From: Saccharofermentans sp.
Lineage (GTDB): Bacteria; Bacillota; Clostridia; Saccharofermentanales; Saccharofermentanaceae
Assembly (NCBI GenBank): GCA_024684815.1
Contig: JAIKWL010000051.1
Coordinates: forward strand, 43,339 to 67,338
Direction: 5' to 3'
DNA length: 24,000 bases
Shown: one piece after another, positions 6,621 through 14,560 of the stretch
How positions within the stretch are numbered: position 1 is the stretch's first letter
How the letters are laid out: every line of letters begins with the position of its first letter
Notes under the pieces: model-generated
Told to the model about the DNA's origin: nothing
Database searches by the model: none
What the model saw: the letters and a program-made list of their open reading frames with translations, nothing else
Made by a program: the position numbers and the translations under genes

Positions 6621-7733
6621 TCAGATTATCTCACGCTTATTAAAGATGACCATTCCCGCAAAACACGAGATCATTATCCAGCAGATATCACATACGGCAT
6701 TTATGGCCAGAGGCCCGTCTCTGTAAAGCAGATATACGGGAACCACATAATCATTATGCGAGATAAGAGCAGGATCAAGATAGATCATTGCCAGGAGAAT
6801 ATATCTGGAGGGATCAGGTAAAGTGCAGCGGTATGGCATGACTTCCTTGTCTTCATAATAAAACCTTTTGCTGTAAACAGTCAGATCCAGTTTTGAATCA
6901 AAAACATTTATTCCTTTTTCCCGCACTATAGCCAGATACTCATCTTCGGCAGATCCATCTGAAGCATCAACATAAGTCTGAAGACCCGATATGGCCGGAT
7001 TCGGGATCCTGAAAAAGAATCCAAAGAAAAGGACAGATCCGATTATGAGCGTCAGTGTCTTCTTTTTGCTGATAAAAAGAACTGTAAGAATGAGCGAAGC
7101 CGATGTAAAAAAGATGAGCAGCTTTATCAGCAGGACAGAAATGATAAGCGGATAATACAGAGGAGGTTTCCATTGGTAAAAAAGGCAAAAAGCCACAAAG
7201 ATAAGAATATTAATGACAAACAACATTATATCAAGACAAAATGTCATGATCAGAGATGAAAGATAGATACTCCTTTTACTGTGCCCGCTCGCGATAAGAT
7301 TTTTAACAGTTCCGTCACTGAATAATCTTCCGAAGAACAGCGGAATGAATATCAGCATCAGAAAAGCAGGAACCAGAAAAGTCTCGTTCAATGCATTATC
7401 CACCAGAGTTTCTTCAGAATCGATAATACTCGGGCTCATATTTATTTTGTCAAAGGTTTCCTGAGGGATCGGTTCCAGGAAACTGCGGTAAATGTCTTTT
7501 GCACTTATCCCCGAGCCCGCAAAATTATACTGATCAAGATTATCCCTGTTTATCGCGATATTGTTTTCTGCACCGATAAATGCAGTCTCTCCGCTTATTT
7601 TCAGAGCAGCGTATGAACCTTTCATGTTTACATGATTAAGATAAACAGAACTCAGCACTGTCAGGATTATAAGTGCCCACAGTTCATAACCTTTAAGGAA
7701 TCTGTAACAAAAACCGGAAAATATCTTTTTCAT
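6621..7733 (-). CDS. ABC-2-type transporter permease, enlarged paralog (370 aa)
   Basis: Six hydrophobic segments, with long loops after TM1 and before the last TM. Collinear with the 355-aa neighbour: MKKI.SG...R..KG.E.W, IPLFFGRL.SDGT.KNLIA.GHSK, WKPP/WYPP, C-terminal NKREII/KKREIS. The 278-aa permease shares the core motif. Confidence 0.7.
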   Translation of the reverse strand: MKKIFSGFCYRFLKGYELWALIILTVLSSVYLNHVNMKGSYAALKISGETAFIGAENNIAINRDNLDQYNFAGSGISAKDIYRSFLEPIPQETFDKINMSPSIIDSEETLVDNALNETFLVPAFLMLIFIPLFFGRLFSDGTVKNLIASGHSKRSIYLSSLIMTFCLDIMLFVINILIFVAFCLFYQWKPPLYYPLIISVLLIKLLIFFTSASLILTVLFISKKKTLTLIIGSVLFFGFFFRIPNPAISGLQTYVDASDGSAEDEYLAIVREKGINVFDSKLDLTVYSKRFYYEDKEVMPYRCTLPDPSRYILLAMIYLDPALISHNDYVVPVYLLYRDGPLAINAVCDICWIMISCFAGMVIFNKREII

Positions 7734-7752
7734 ATGCCTTATAAGTGAAAGG

Positions 7753-8820
7753 TCAGCTTATCTCCCTCTTTTTAAAAACCGAAAGACCGATGGTACTGCT
7801 TAAAAGTATCCAACAAACATCACACATTACATTAATGGTCATAAGACCGTCTCTTGCCATCAGATATGGATTGATCCAAATATCAAAATCACTTTCGAAA
7901 TGCGCGATCATTAAAGGATCGGAATAGATAATAAAGAGCAAAACAGTCTTTAGAACGGGAGGTATTTTGTATTTAACAGTAAAATCCAGATCCTTTCCAT
8001 CATGACTCATAATGATATTAAAATCTAATATATCAAACCGCTCCTCTAAAGCATTGGCACCTTTTTCCTGAATGATCATATGGTATTCTTCAAAAGCTTC
8101 GCTCTGATCATCATATTTCTGCTCGTTAGATGCAATATACATGATCGCAAAAGAAGATACCGGTATAAACATCAATACTGCGACCACAAATCCCGCAATA
8201 AGAGACAATACCTTTTTCTGACTTGCAAACAACACACATATGCCGACAGAAGATACGGTAAACAAAACAGATAATTCTATAAACAGCATGAAGATGACAA
8301 CAGGAAGATATACCGGCGGATACCATGAATAAAATATGCACACTGCTGCAAAAATACAGATGCTCAAAATGAGCATAAGGATATCTATCAGAAACGACAT
8401 AATAAGAGACGCAAGATATATCCTGCCCTTGCTGTGTCCGCAAGCGATAAGATTTTTTATTGTTCCGTCGCTATATAGCCTTCCGAAGAACAGCGGAATA
8501 AAAACCAGGATCAGGATCCCCGGAACGAGATGTATTCCGTTCAGATAAGAAAAAAGGCAAGTAATATCCGAAGAAAAACTCATGTCCTGACGCAATTTGT
8601 CATAGACCTCATCAGGGAGAGTCTCTGTATAACATCTGTACATATCGTATGCACTTACTTCTTTGCTTGCAGAATATTCCGCTTCAGGCATCAGATCCTG
8701 ATCATAGTCTATCCGGAGATTAAAGATATATAAAGACGAGATCACCAGCAAGGCAAGAAGCACCCATATCTCAAATCCTTTGATCAGTCTGAAAAATAAA
8801 CCTGACAATATCTTTTTCAT
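7753..8820 (-). CDS. ABC-2-type transporter permease, enlarged paralog (355 aa)
   Basis: Same architecture as 6621..7733. By eye roughly half of the positions are identical, and nucleotide-level similarity is visible (for example 7270-7350 versus 8400-8480). The ATG lies 4 nt after the upstream stop. Confidence 0.7.
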   Translation of the reverse strand: MKKILSGLFFRLIKGFEIWVLLALLVISSLYIFNLRIDYDQDLMPEAEYSASKEVSAYDMYRCYTETLPDEVYDKLRQDMSFSSDITCLFSYLNGIHLVPGILILVFIPLFFGRLYSDGTIKNLIACGHSKGRIYLASLIMSFLIDILMLILSICIFAAVCIFYSWYPPVYLPVVIFMLFIELSVLFTVSSVGICVLFASQKKVLSLIAGFVVAVLMFIPVSSFAIMYIASNEQKYDDQSEAFEEYHMIIQEKGANALEERFDILDFNIIMSHDGKDLDFTVKYKIPPVLKTVLLFIIYSDPLMIAHFESDFDIWINPYLMARDGLMTINVMCDVCWILLSSTIGLSVFKKREIS

Positions 8821-8824
8821 AAGA

Positions 8825-9661
8825 TCAGGGGAACTCCTTTTTCCTTATTGATGCAAATCCGGCCGCAGTGGATATGACAAAGACCATACCGGCAGCCATG
8901 ATCTCATTGGCCTGATCTTTTCTGTCACTTGTATAAAAATCTACGTAAGGACTAGATTCATATAAAAACGTATAGATCTTTCGCCTGGTTCCGCCTACAT
9001 AATGAGGGTTATATTCCCACCAGTATGATTCCCCGTCTTCAGCGCCAACAACGTACCTGTAGGGTTCATTAAGTTCAGTTCCTATGAGCATGGTTGTGGT
9101 CATTGCACAGGGAATAAGCATAAGAGATATCACAAGTGCAAGGAACTTATTGCTGCAGAAGAACTGGGCAAGTATATAAAGCGACGTAAAAGCAAAGCAT
9201 ACAAGGATCACTTTGATAAAACAGCTGATAAGATAACTGTCAAACCTGATGTCACTTTTTATGGCCCATAGTTTTGCAAAAGCGATTATAGTTGCCACTG
9301 CGATAACACATGAAATCAATGAATTTAATAAGGAAACCATAAGATCAGCAAAATAAAGCCTGAATCTTGATATTCCCGTTGAGATCTTGTTGTTTATCGC
9401 ACGGTAGGCTATATCCGTGCCGGTGAACATCATGCAAAAGATTGCTATCGCAAAAGGCATAACATAAAGAAGGCCGTATAAACACTGGATCACAAACAGG
9501 TTATCTATAAATCTGGGTCTGCTGAATATGTATGATACGTAGATCTGCCCGTACATGAAATTTGCGACAACCAGACCCACCAGGACCGAGAAGATAATTG
9601 TCTTAAGCCAAAGCCCGGTCCTGAACAATCTGAAAAAAGCTGATCTTAATGCGCGGCTCAC
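8825..9661 (-). CDS. ABC-2-type transporter permease (278 aa)
   Basis: Six hydrophobic segments. The GTG start overlaps the ATPase stop (GTGA). The N-terminal motif AFFRLFRTGLWLK and the block NNKISTGISRFRLYF are homologous to the two larger permeases. Confidence 0.7.
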   Translation of the reverse strand: MSRALRSAFFRLFRTGLWLKTIIFSVLVGLVVANFMYGQIYVSYIFSRPRFIDNLFVIQCLYGLLYVMPFAIAIFCMMFTGTDIAYRAINNKISTGISRFRLYFADLMVSLLNSLISCVIAVATIIAFAKLWAIKSDIRFDSYLISCFIKVILVCFAFTSLYILAQFFCSNKFLALVISLMLIPCAMTTTMLIGTELNEPYRYVVGAEDGESYWWEYNPHYVGGTRRKIYTFLYESSPYVDFYTSDRKDQANEIMAAGMVFVISTAAGFASIRKKEFP

Positions 9662-10575
9662 GAGATCCCGTCCTTTTTCGCAACCAGATTCATAAAGTAG
9701 CCTTCAAGGCTTTCGTTATTCTCATTGATGCTCAATACTTCCACACCTGCCTCATCAGCAAGACTGATGATATGCTTGGCTGTAATATCCGAATAAATAT
9801 CTATCGTATCCTCCGAATCGATCTTATATTCGATCCCCTCACGGTCAAATATCCTGAACAGAGGATCTGCAGCGGATACTTTTATCCTGGAAGACTTGCG
9901 CACCTTGCTCATCAGTTCCCTGGAGCTCAGTGTCTGGAGTATCTCTCCCTTTTCGATAAATGCATAATGTGTTGCGAGCTTGGATAATTCCTCAAGAATG
10001 TGACTGGAGATAAGTATCGTCGTATGTCTTTCGCGGTTGATCCTCAGTAATATCTCGCGCATCTGAATGATGCCCTGCGGATCAAGACCGTTGATCGGTT
10101 CGTCAAGGATCAGGATATCAGGCTTGCCACAAAGGACAACTGCAATACCCAATCTCTGTCTCATACCGAGAGAGAACTTTCCGGCTTTCTTTTTGCCGGT
10201 ATCTTTAAGATCGACCAGTTCAAGAAGTTCCGAAATATCATCATATGAAGTCATTCCGAGATTTATATACTGAAGCTTGAGATTGTCATAAGCTGACAGG
10301 TTACGGTAGATTGCAGGGCTTTCCGTAATGGAACCCATTCTTCTGCGGACGCTTAAGATCTTCTTATCGCTGCTGGATACCCCGCCTATGCTGTAGGTTC
10401 CGGATGTCGGCTCGGCAAGTCCTGTCACTATTCTCATAAGCGTGGTCTTTCCGGCTCCGTTCCTTCCTACAAGACCGAAGATCGATCCCTTCGGAATATC
10501 AAGGTTAACCTTATTCAGGATCTGCGCCTTGCCGTATTTCTTGCTCAGATCTTTTACAGACAATATGTTTTCCAT
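9658..10575 (-). CDS. ABC transporter ATP-binding protein
   Basis: 305 aa. Walker A GRNGAGKTT, signature FSLGMRQRLGIA, Walker B ILILDEP, H-loop SSHIL. GGAGA SD 8 nt upstream; the ATG directly follows the response-regulator stop (TAGATG). Confidence 0.9.
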   Translation of the reverse strand: MENILSVKDLSKKYGKAQILNKVNLDIPKGSIFGLVGRNGAGKTTLMRIVTGLAEPTSGTYSIGGVSSSDKKILSVRRRMGSITESPAIYRNLSAYDNLKLQYINLGMTSYDDISELLELVDLKDTGKKKAGKFSLGMRQRLGIAVVLCGKPDILILDEPINGLDPQGIIQMREILLRINRERHTTILISSHILEELSKLATHYAFIEKGEILQTLSSRELMSKVRKSSRIKVSAADPLFRIFDREGIEYKIDSEDTIDIYSDITAKHIISLADEAGVEVLSINENNESLEGYFMNLVAKKDGIS

Positions 10576-11247
10576 CTATGAATCTCCTTTGATCTTGAAG
10601 CCTATGCCCCAGACAGCTTCTATATATTCGGTATCCGTAATATCCTTTATCTTTTTCCTGAGATTGCTGACATGCACCTTAACAGAACTCTCGGTACAGT
10701 CAGGAGTCTCGGTCTTTATGAGATCCAGAAGTTCCGACTTCGATATGACTCTTCCCTTCCCTGTCGCAAGCATCTTAAGGATCGCATATTCGGTCCTTGT
10801 AAGCTTTAATTCCCTGCCGCAGACCGACACTTCGTGTTTGTCTGTATCGATCAGCATATCCCCACATGTTATGCGGCCACCGTTGCTCTTCTTCCCCTCA
10901 GCAATACGAAGAGCGACATTTACCCTTGCTTTAAGCTCCTTGATATCAAACGGTTTGGTTATATAATCCACACATCCTTCAGATAAAAGCGAGACCTTAT
11001 CGTCCACGGAAGATCTGGCACTGACTGCGATCACCGGAGTCTCTTTCGGAATATGTGTAAGGAGTTCTTCTCCCGTAAGACCCGGAAGCATAAGATCCAT
11101 CAGTATAAGGTCGGGATTCTGACCCAGCATCATGCGTCCTTCGGTGCCTGTTACAGCCCGGATCACCTCAAAGCCGTCCTTTGTAAGTTCCCTTTGAAGG
11201 ACTGCTCCGATATCTTCATCATCTTCCACTATCAGTATCTTGCTCAT
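10576..11247 (-). CDS. OmpR/PhoB-family response regulator
   Basis: 223 aa. Receiver motifs ILIVEDDED, LILMDLMLPG, VSAR and ITKPF. Winged-helix output domain: LTRTEYAILKML, VKVHVSNLRKKI, IEAVWGIGFKI. Confidence 0.9.
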   Translation of the reverse strand: MSKILIVEDDEDIGAVLQRELTKDGFEVIRAVTGTEGRMMLGQNPDLILMDLMLPGLTGEELLTHIPKETPVIAVSARSSVDDKVSLLSEGCVDYITKPFDIKELKARVNVALRIAEGKKSNGGRITCGDMLIDTDKHEVSVCGRELKLTRTEYAILKMLATGKGRVISKSELLDLIKTETPDCTESSVKVHVSNLRKKIKDITDTEYIEAVWGIGFKIKGDS

Positions 11248-11253
11248 GTAAAA

Positions 11254-11281
11254 ATTTTATTCTATTCCCTTTTCAAATCAA
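11254..11281 (-). promoter_or_regulatory. Candidate sigma-A promoter TTGATT-16 nt-TAAAAT for the RR/ABC/HK operon
   Basis: The minus strand reads TTGATTtgaaaagggaatagaaTAAAATttttacATG. The -10 hexamer ends 6 nt before the response-regulator ATG, and there is no SD at a functional distance. Confidence 0.4.
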
Positions 11282-11347
11282 GCACAGACGGGAAATGTTA
11301 CCTGAATCTTAACCCTTTTATCCGCAATATTGGTTTAGAATAAGCTT

Positions 11348-13651
11348 ATGAAAAGATCTGACGGCAAAAAACTATTATCATTATCTTTAGCGGTGATCAT
11401 GGTATCATCATCCGCTTCATGCTCTTCCAAAACCGGAAAGTATGACGTGATCTCGGAGGATGATCCCTGGTATGAGTGCAGTTCATTTGATGTTTCATCT
11501 TTCTTTGATCCTGAAGAATATGAATACACTTATTTTGAATCCGTGGGAACAACAGATAACAGCATCTATCTTAAAGCCGATGCACATAAACCTTTTGACT
11601 ACCGTAAAGACATGACCGAGGAGGAATACCTCGAATACTTTGATCAGTATATCCTTGAATACTCATTTGACGGAGAGCTTATCAGTAAAACATCATATAA
11701 GCCAACTATCGATAATAATACTTACCGCGGACTTCTGAAGGCCTGGGTATCTGAAGGAAAGCTGAACATTCTTGAAGAAGAATACAGTTTGATCGAAGAT
11801 GCATCCCGTTATATTCTCAACGGGGAACCTCTTGTAATACCGGAAGATTATTTCCGATACGACACGGTACATATCGAAGACATTTATACTGTATCCGGAT
11901 ATACGATCATCAGATTAAACAGATCGTGGGATTATGCTCTTCTTATGCTGTTCAAGCCTGACGGTTCCTGCGATTTCTACACGGTCGACGACCTCGTAAA
12001 ATCCGCTGTTTCCTATTGCGAAGACTTTATTCCTGAAGATGACGGTAAAGTGCTCCTTCCCGTCGTTCTGTCCGATTACGATTTTGTATATTTGTCCATT
12101 GACCTTGCAACGATGGAGACTGAAGAACTCCAATCACTCTACGGAACAAAAAACTACATGATCGAATATGCTTCAGGAAAGTCTCTGGCAAAGGATTATA
12201 CCGGGATCAGTTTTATAGATCATTCGACCGGCAAGCTTGATCCCATATGTGAGTACAGCAATATCGACATGCCCATGATCGATGTTATCGAAAGCAGCAT
12301 CCTTTATATTTCCGGTGACGGAAATGAGATCATATTAGGCGGCGAGACATATGGCAGTTCCGGATCATATTCAGGATACAAGATCTCTCACCTGACACGT
12401 GCAGCTTCAAATCCCAATGCCGGAAAGACCGTGCTGATCCTGTCAAATGACAATGAGTCATATTCATTTGAAGAAGCAGATTATATGGCTGTCTATCTTT
12501 TCAATCAGAGAAATGATTCATATTTTGTAAAATATGTATTCCCGATGGATAACAACGGTGAGTTTAAAAAGACAGATGCTGATATCATCCGTTCAACAGA
12601 TTCATTTCCAGATCCTTCTGACAGGGAAAAATACATCGACATGGCACCTTACCTTGAACAGAATGACGGATCCGGTAAGCAGAAATACTTTTCCAATGCA
12701 ATAGATGCCTCAATGGACGGCGATGCTGTTTACCGGGTTCCGCTGAACATCTCTGCCACCGGTATCCTGACAGCATCCGTTAATGTTCCTGAAGGACAGC
12801 ACGGATTCACATTTGATTCGTACGTTAAGTTTGTTGATGAAGTCTGTAACGGCATAGACCCGATGACCAGCACTCCGAGTTTTAAATTGAACAAATCCGA
12901 ATACTTCACAAGACTCTTTATGAATATGAGTGATCTGTTTATAAAAGACGGACGTGTAGATCTTGGCGGTGCTGAATTCCGCAAACTTATGGAATTTGTG
13001 GAAGAACACGGCAACGATAATACGGACGATGAATCAGGAGATGTCGGACTGCATAATCAGGCGATCATGGAGATACAGGCCGAGATAGAAGATCACAATG
13101 CACGTCTCGAAGGCAAATACGGTGCGGTTTACGATAATCTTTATTCATTCAACAGTTATATCGACTGCTACCGTATGTATGGTGAAGGTCTGGGGATCTA
13201 CGGTCTTCCGTCATTTGACGGAAGAGGTCCTATGACGATGTCAACAGAATTCGTTTATGTCTCCAACACTACCGCTTATCCTGATGCCTGTGCGGAATTT
13301 GTCAAACTGCTCCTGTCTGATGAGATACAGTGCCTTATGTACAGCAATCCCGTTAACCGCGATGCTTTGAGGACTAAAACCGAAGAACAGCTCAACAGCT
13401 ATAATGAACAGCTTTTAAATCAGTCCTACTCGGACCGCCCTGTCACTGAATCTGACCTGATCCCATATGAAGCGATCGATAAGTATTTTGATATCTTATC
13501 TTCCTCATATGGCGGAATGAGCATCGGAAGTGCCGTTGAAGATATACTCATCGAGGAATCATCAGCATATTTTAACGGCAGCCGTTCTCTCGATGATGTA
13601 ATACCCGTAATGCAGAACCGCATTCAGACGGTACTTAACGAGAACAAGTGA
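11348..13651 (+). CDS. Large lipoprotein, unassigned N-terminal half + solute-binding-protein-like C-terminal half
   Basis: 767 aa with a signal peptide and a Cys-containing lipobox-like site (VSSSAS|C). The C-terminal ~400 aa has a periplasmic-binding-protein feel by eye only (GKTVLILSND, DADII, AVYRVPLNISATGILT, YGLPSFDGRGPM, YPDACAEFVKLLLSDEIQ). No SD is present. Confidence 0.5.
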   Translation: MKRSDGKKLLSLSLAVIMVSSSASCSSKTGKYDVISEDDPWYECSSFDVSSFFDPEEYEYTYFESVGTTDNSIYLKADAHKPFDYRKDMTEEEYLEYFDQYILEYSFDGELISKTSYKPTIDNNTYRGLLKAWVSEGKLNILEEEYSLIEDASRYILNGEPLVIPEDYFRYDTVHIEDIYTVSGYTIIRLNRSWDYALLMLFKPDGSCDFYTVDDLVKSAVSYCEDFIPEDDGKVLLPVVLSDYDFVYLSIDLATMETEELQSLYGTKNYMIEYASGKSLAKDYTGISFIDHSTGKLDPICEYSNIDMPMIDVIESSILYISGDGNEIILGGETYGSSGSYSGYKISHLTRAASNPNAGKTVLILSNDNESYSFEEADYMAVYLFNQRNDSYFVKYVFPMDNNGEFKKTDADIIRSTDSFPDPSDREKYIDMAPYLEQNDGSGKQKYFSNAIDASMDGDAVYRVPLNISATGILTASVNVPEGQHGFTFDSYVKFVDEVCNGIDPMTSTPSFKLNKSEYFTRLFMNMSDLFIKDGRVDLGGAEFRKLMEFVEEHGNDNTDDESGDVGLHNQAIMEIQAEIEDHNARLEGKYGAVYDNLYSFNSYIDCYRMYGEGLGIYGLPSFDGRGPMTMSTEFVYVSNTTAYPDACAEFVKLLLSDEIQCLMYSNPVNRDALRTKTEEQLNSYNEQLLNQSYSDRPVTESDLIPYEAIDKYFDILSSSYGGMSIGSAVEDILIEESSAYFNGSRSLDDVIPVMQNRIQTVLNENK

Positions 13652-14419
13652 TCATCTTCCCTCAGGATAAAGAACAGGAAGCGTAGGATGAGCTGTAGGC
13701 ATTGTCTGCTCCCTGATATCCTTTACAGGTGTTATAACACCGTCACAAGTCAGTCTTACGGGAATACCTTTACCGTTTCTTATGGCACTTACATAATCAT
13801 GAACAGATTCAAGTTTCTCATCGAAAAGCATTCCGCCCATATCACCGTCGTAAAAATAATGAATATCTGAACCTGCAGTTACCGGAAGCCCGAGATCTTT
13901 AGCATATTCGTATCCCAAAGCATTCATGTTCGGAGTATTGGCTGCATTGTAGATCTCAACTCCGTCAACCGCGGTCGGTGCCAGTTTGATATCAGACAGA
14001 TAATCCCTCTCCCTGTAAGGATGAGCCTGGATCATGATCCCGCCGGCTTTGTTTATTGCTTCATGCAGTTCGTGTCTGGTCATTTCCATCATGCACTCAT
14101 GTTCGATGACCCATTTCTTATCGATACCGTAAAGAAGATACTCGTCTTTCCAGAAATTGAATTCAATACCGAACATTACGCTGAAGTCCTTTCCTTCAGC
14201 GGCCTTTTTTGCTCTCTCATAACCGGAACAATAGATCTCAACTCTTTTCTTCCACGTAAGATCTTCAGGAACGCATGTATTACCGTTAAAGAAATGATCG
14301 GTAACGATCATTCCGCTGTAACCTTTTTTCATCATGAAATCTATATAGTCTTCACCATGCACCCGGCCGCACTTGCTGGCCTCACAGGTGTGAAGATGTG
14401 TCTCGTATAAATACCCCAT
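13652..14419 (-). CDS. PHP-domain metal-dependent phosphoesterase
   Basis: The ORF track starts at a GTG (14464) with no SD. The ATG at 14419 has AAGGAAAA 6 nt upstream and gives MGYLYETHLHT, a typical PHP HxH N-terminus. Further motifs: MIVTDH, GIEFN, QAHPYR, GSDIHY. Confidence 0.75.
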   Translation of the reverse strand: MGYLYETHLHTCEASKCGRVHGEDYIDFMMKKGYSGMIVTDHFFNGNTCVPEDLTWKKRVEIYCSGYERAKKAAEGKDFSVMFGIEFNFWKDEYLLYGIDKKWVIEHECMMEMTRHELHEAINKAGGIMIQAHPYRERDYLSDIKLAPTAVDGVEIYNAANTPNMNALGYEYAKDLGLPVTAGSDIHYFYDGDMGGMLFDEKLESVHDYVSAIRNGKGIPVRLTCDGVITPVKDIREQTMPTAHPTLPVLYPEGR

Positions 14420-14500
14420 AAAACTTTTCCTTAGATTTTTTTCCGCGACAATGCTATCACTCACAATTGTTCAAATCAAGGCAGACAGGAGGTCATATAT

Positions 14501-14537
14501 AAAAAATCCGGCGTGACCATACAAAGGGCACACCGGA
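14501..14537 (-). terminator. Rho-independent terminator downstream of the MFS transporter gene
   Basis: Minus-strand RNA: UCCGGUGUGCCC-UUUGUAU-GGUCACGCCGGA followed by UUUUUU. This is a 12-position stem with one G-U wobble and one mismatch. It starts 24 nt after the stop at 14561. Confidence 0.7.
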
Positions 14538-14560
14538 TAAAAACGCATCAGTAAATGATC

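Larger units (their letters stand above)
6621..8820 (-). repeat. Tandem duplication of the enlarged permease gene (two ~1.1-kb units)
   Basis: The two adjacent ORFs are collinear paralogs with conserved N-termini, a conserved central block and conserved C-termini, separated by 19 nt. Confidence 0.7.

Noticed and set aside
10442-10966. 174-aa plus-strand ORF, plus 9649-9987 and 10067-10273
   Set aside because: These are antisense to the ABC ATPase and response-regulator genes, whose motifs are unambiguous. There is no SD and the composition is shadow-frame S/L/R-rich.
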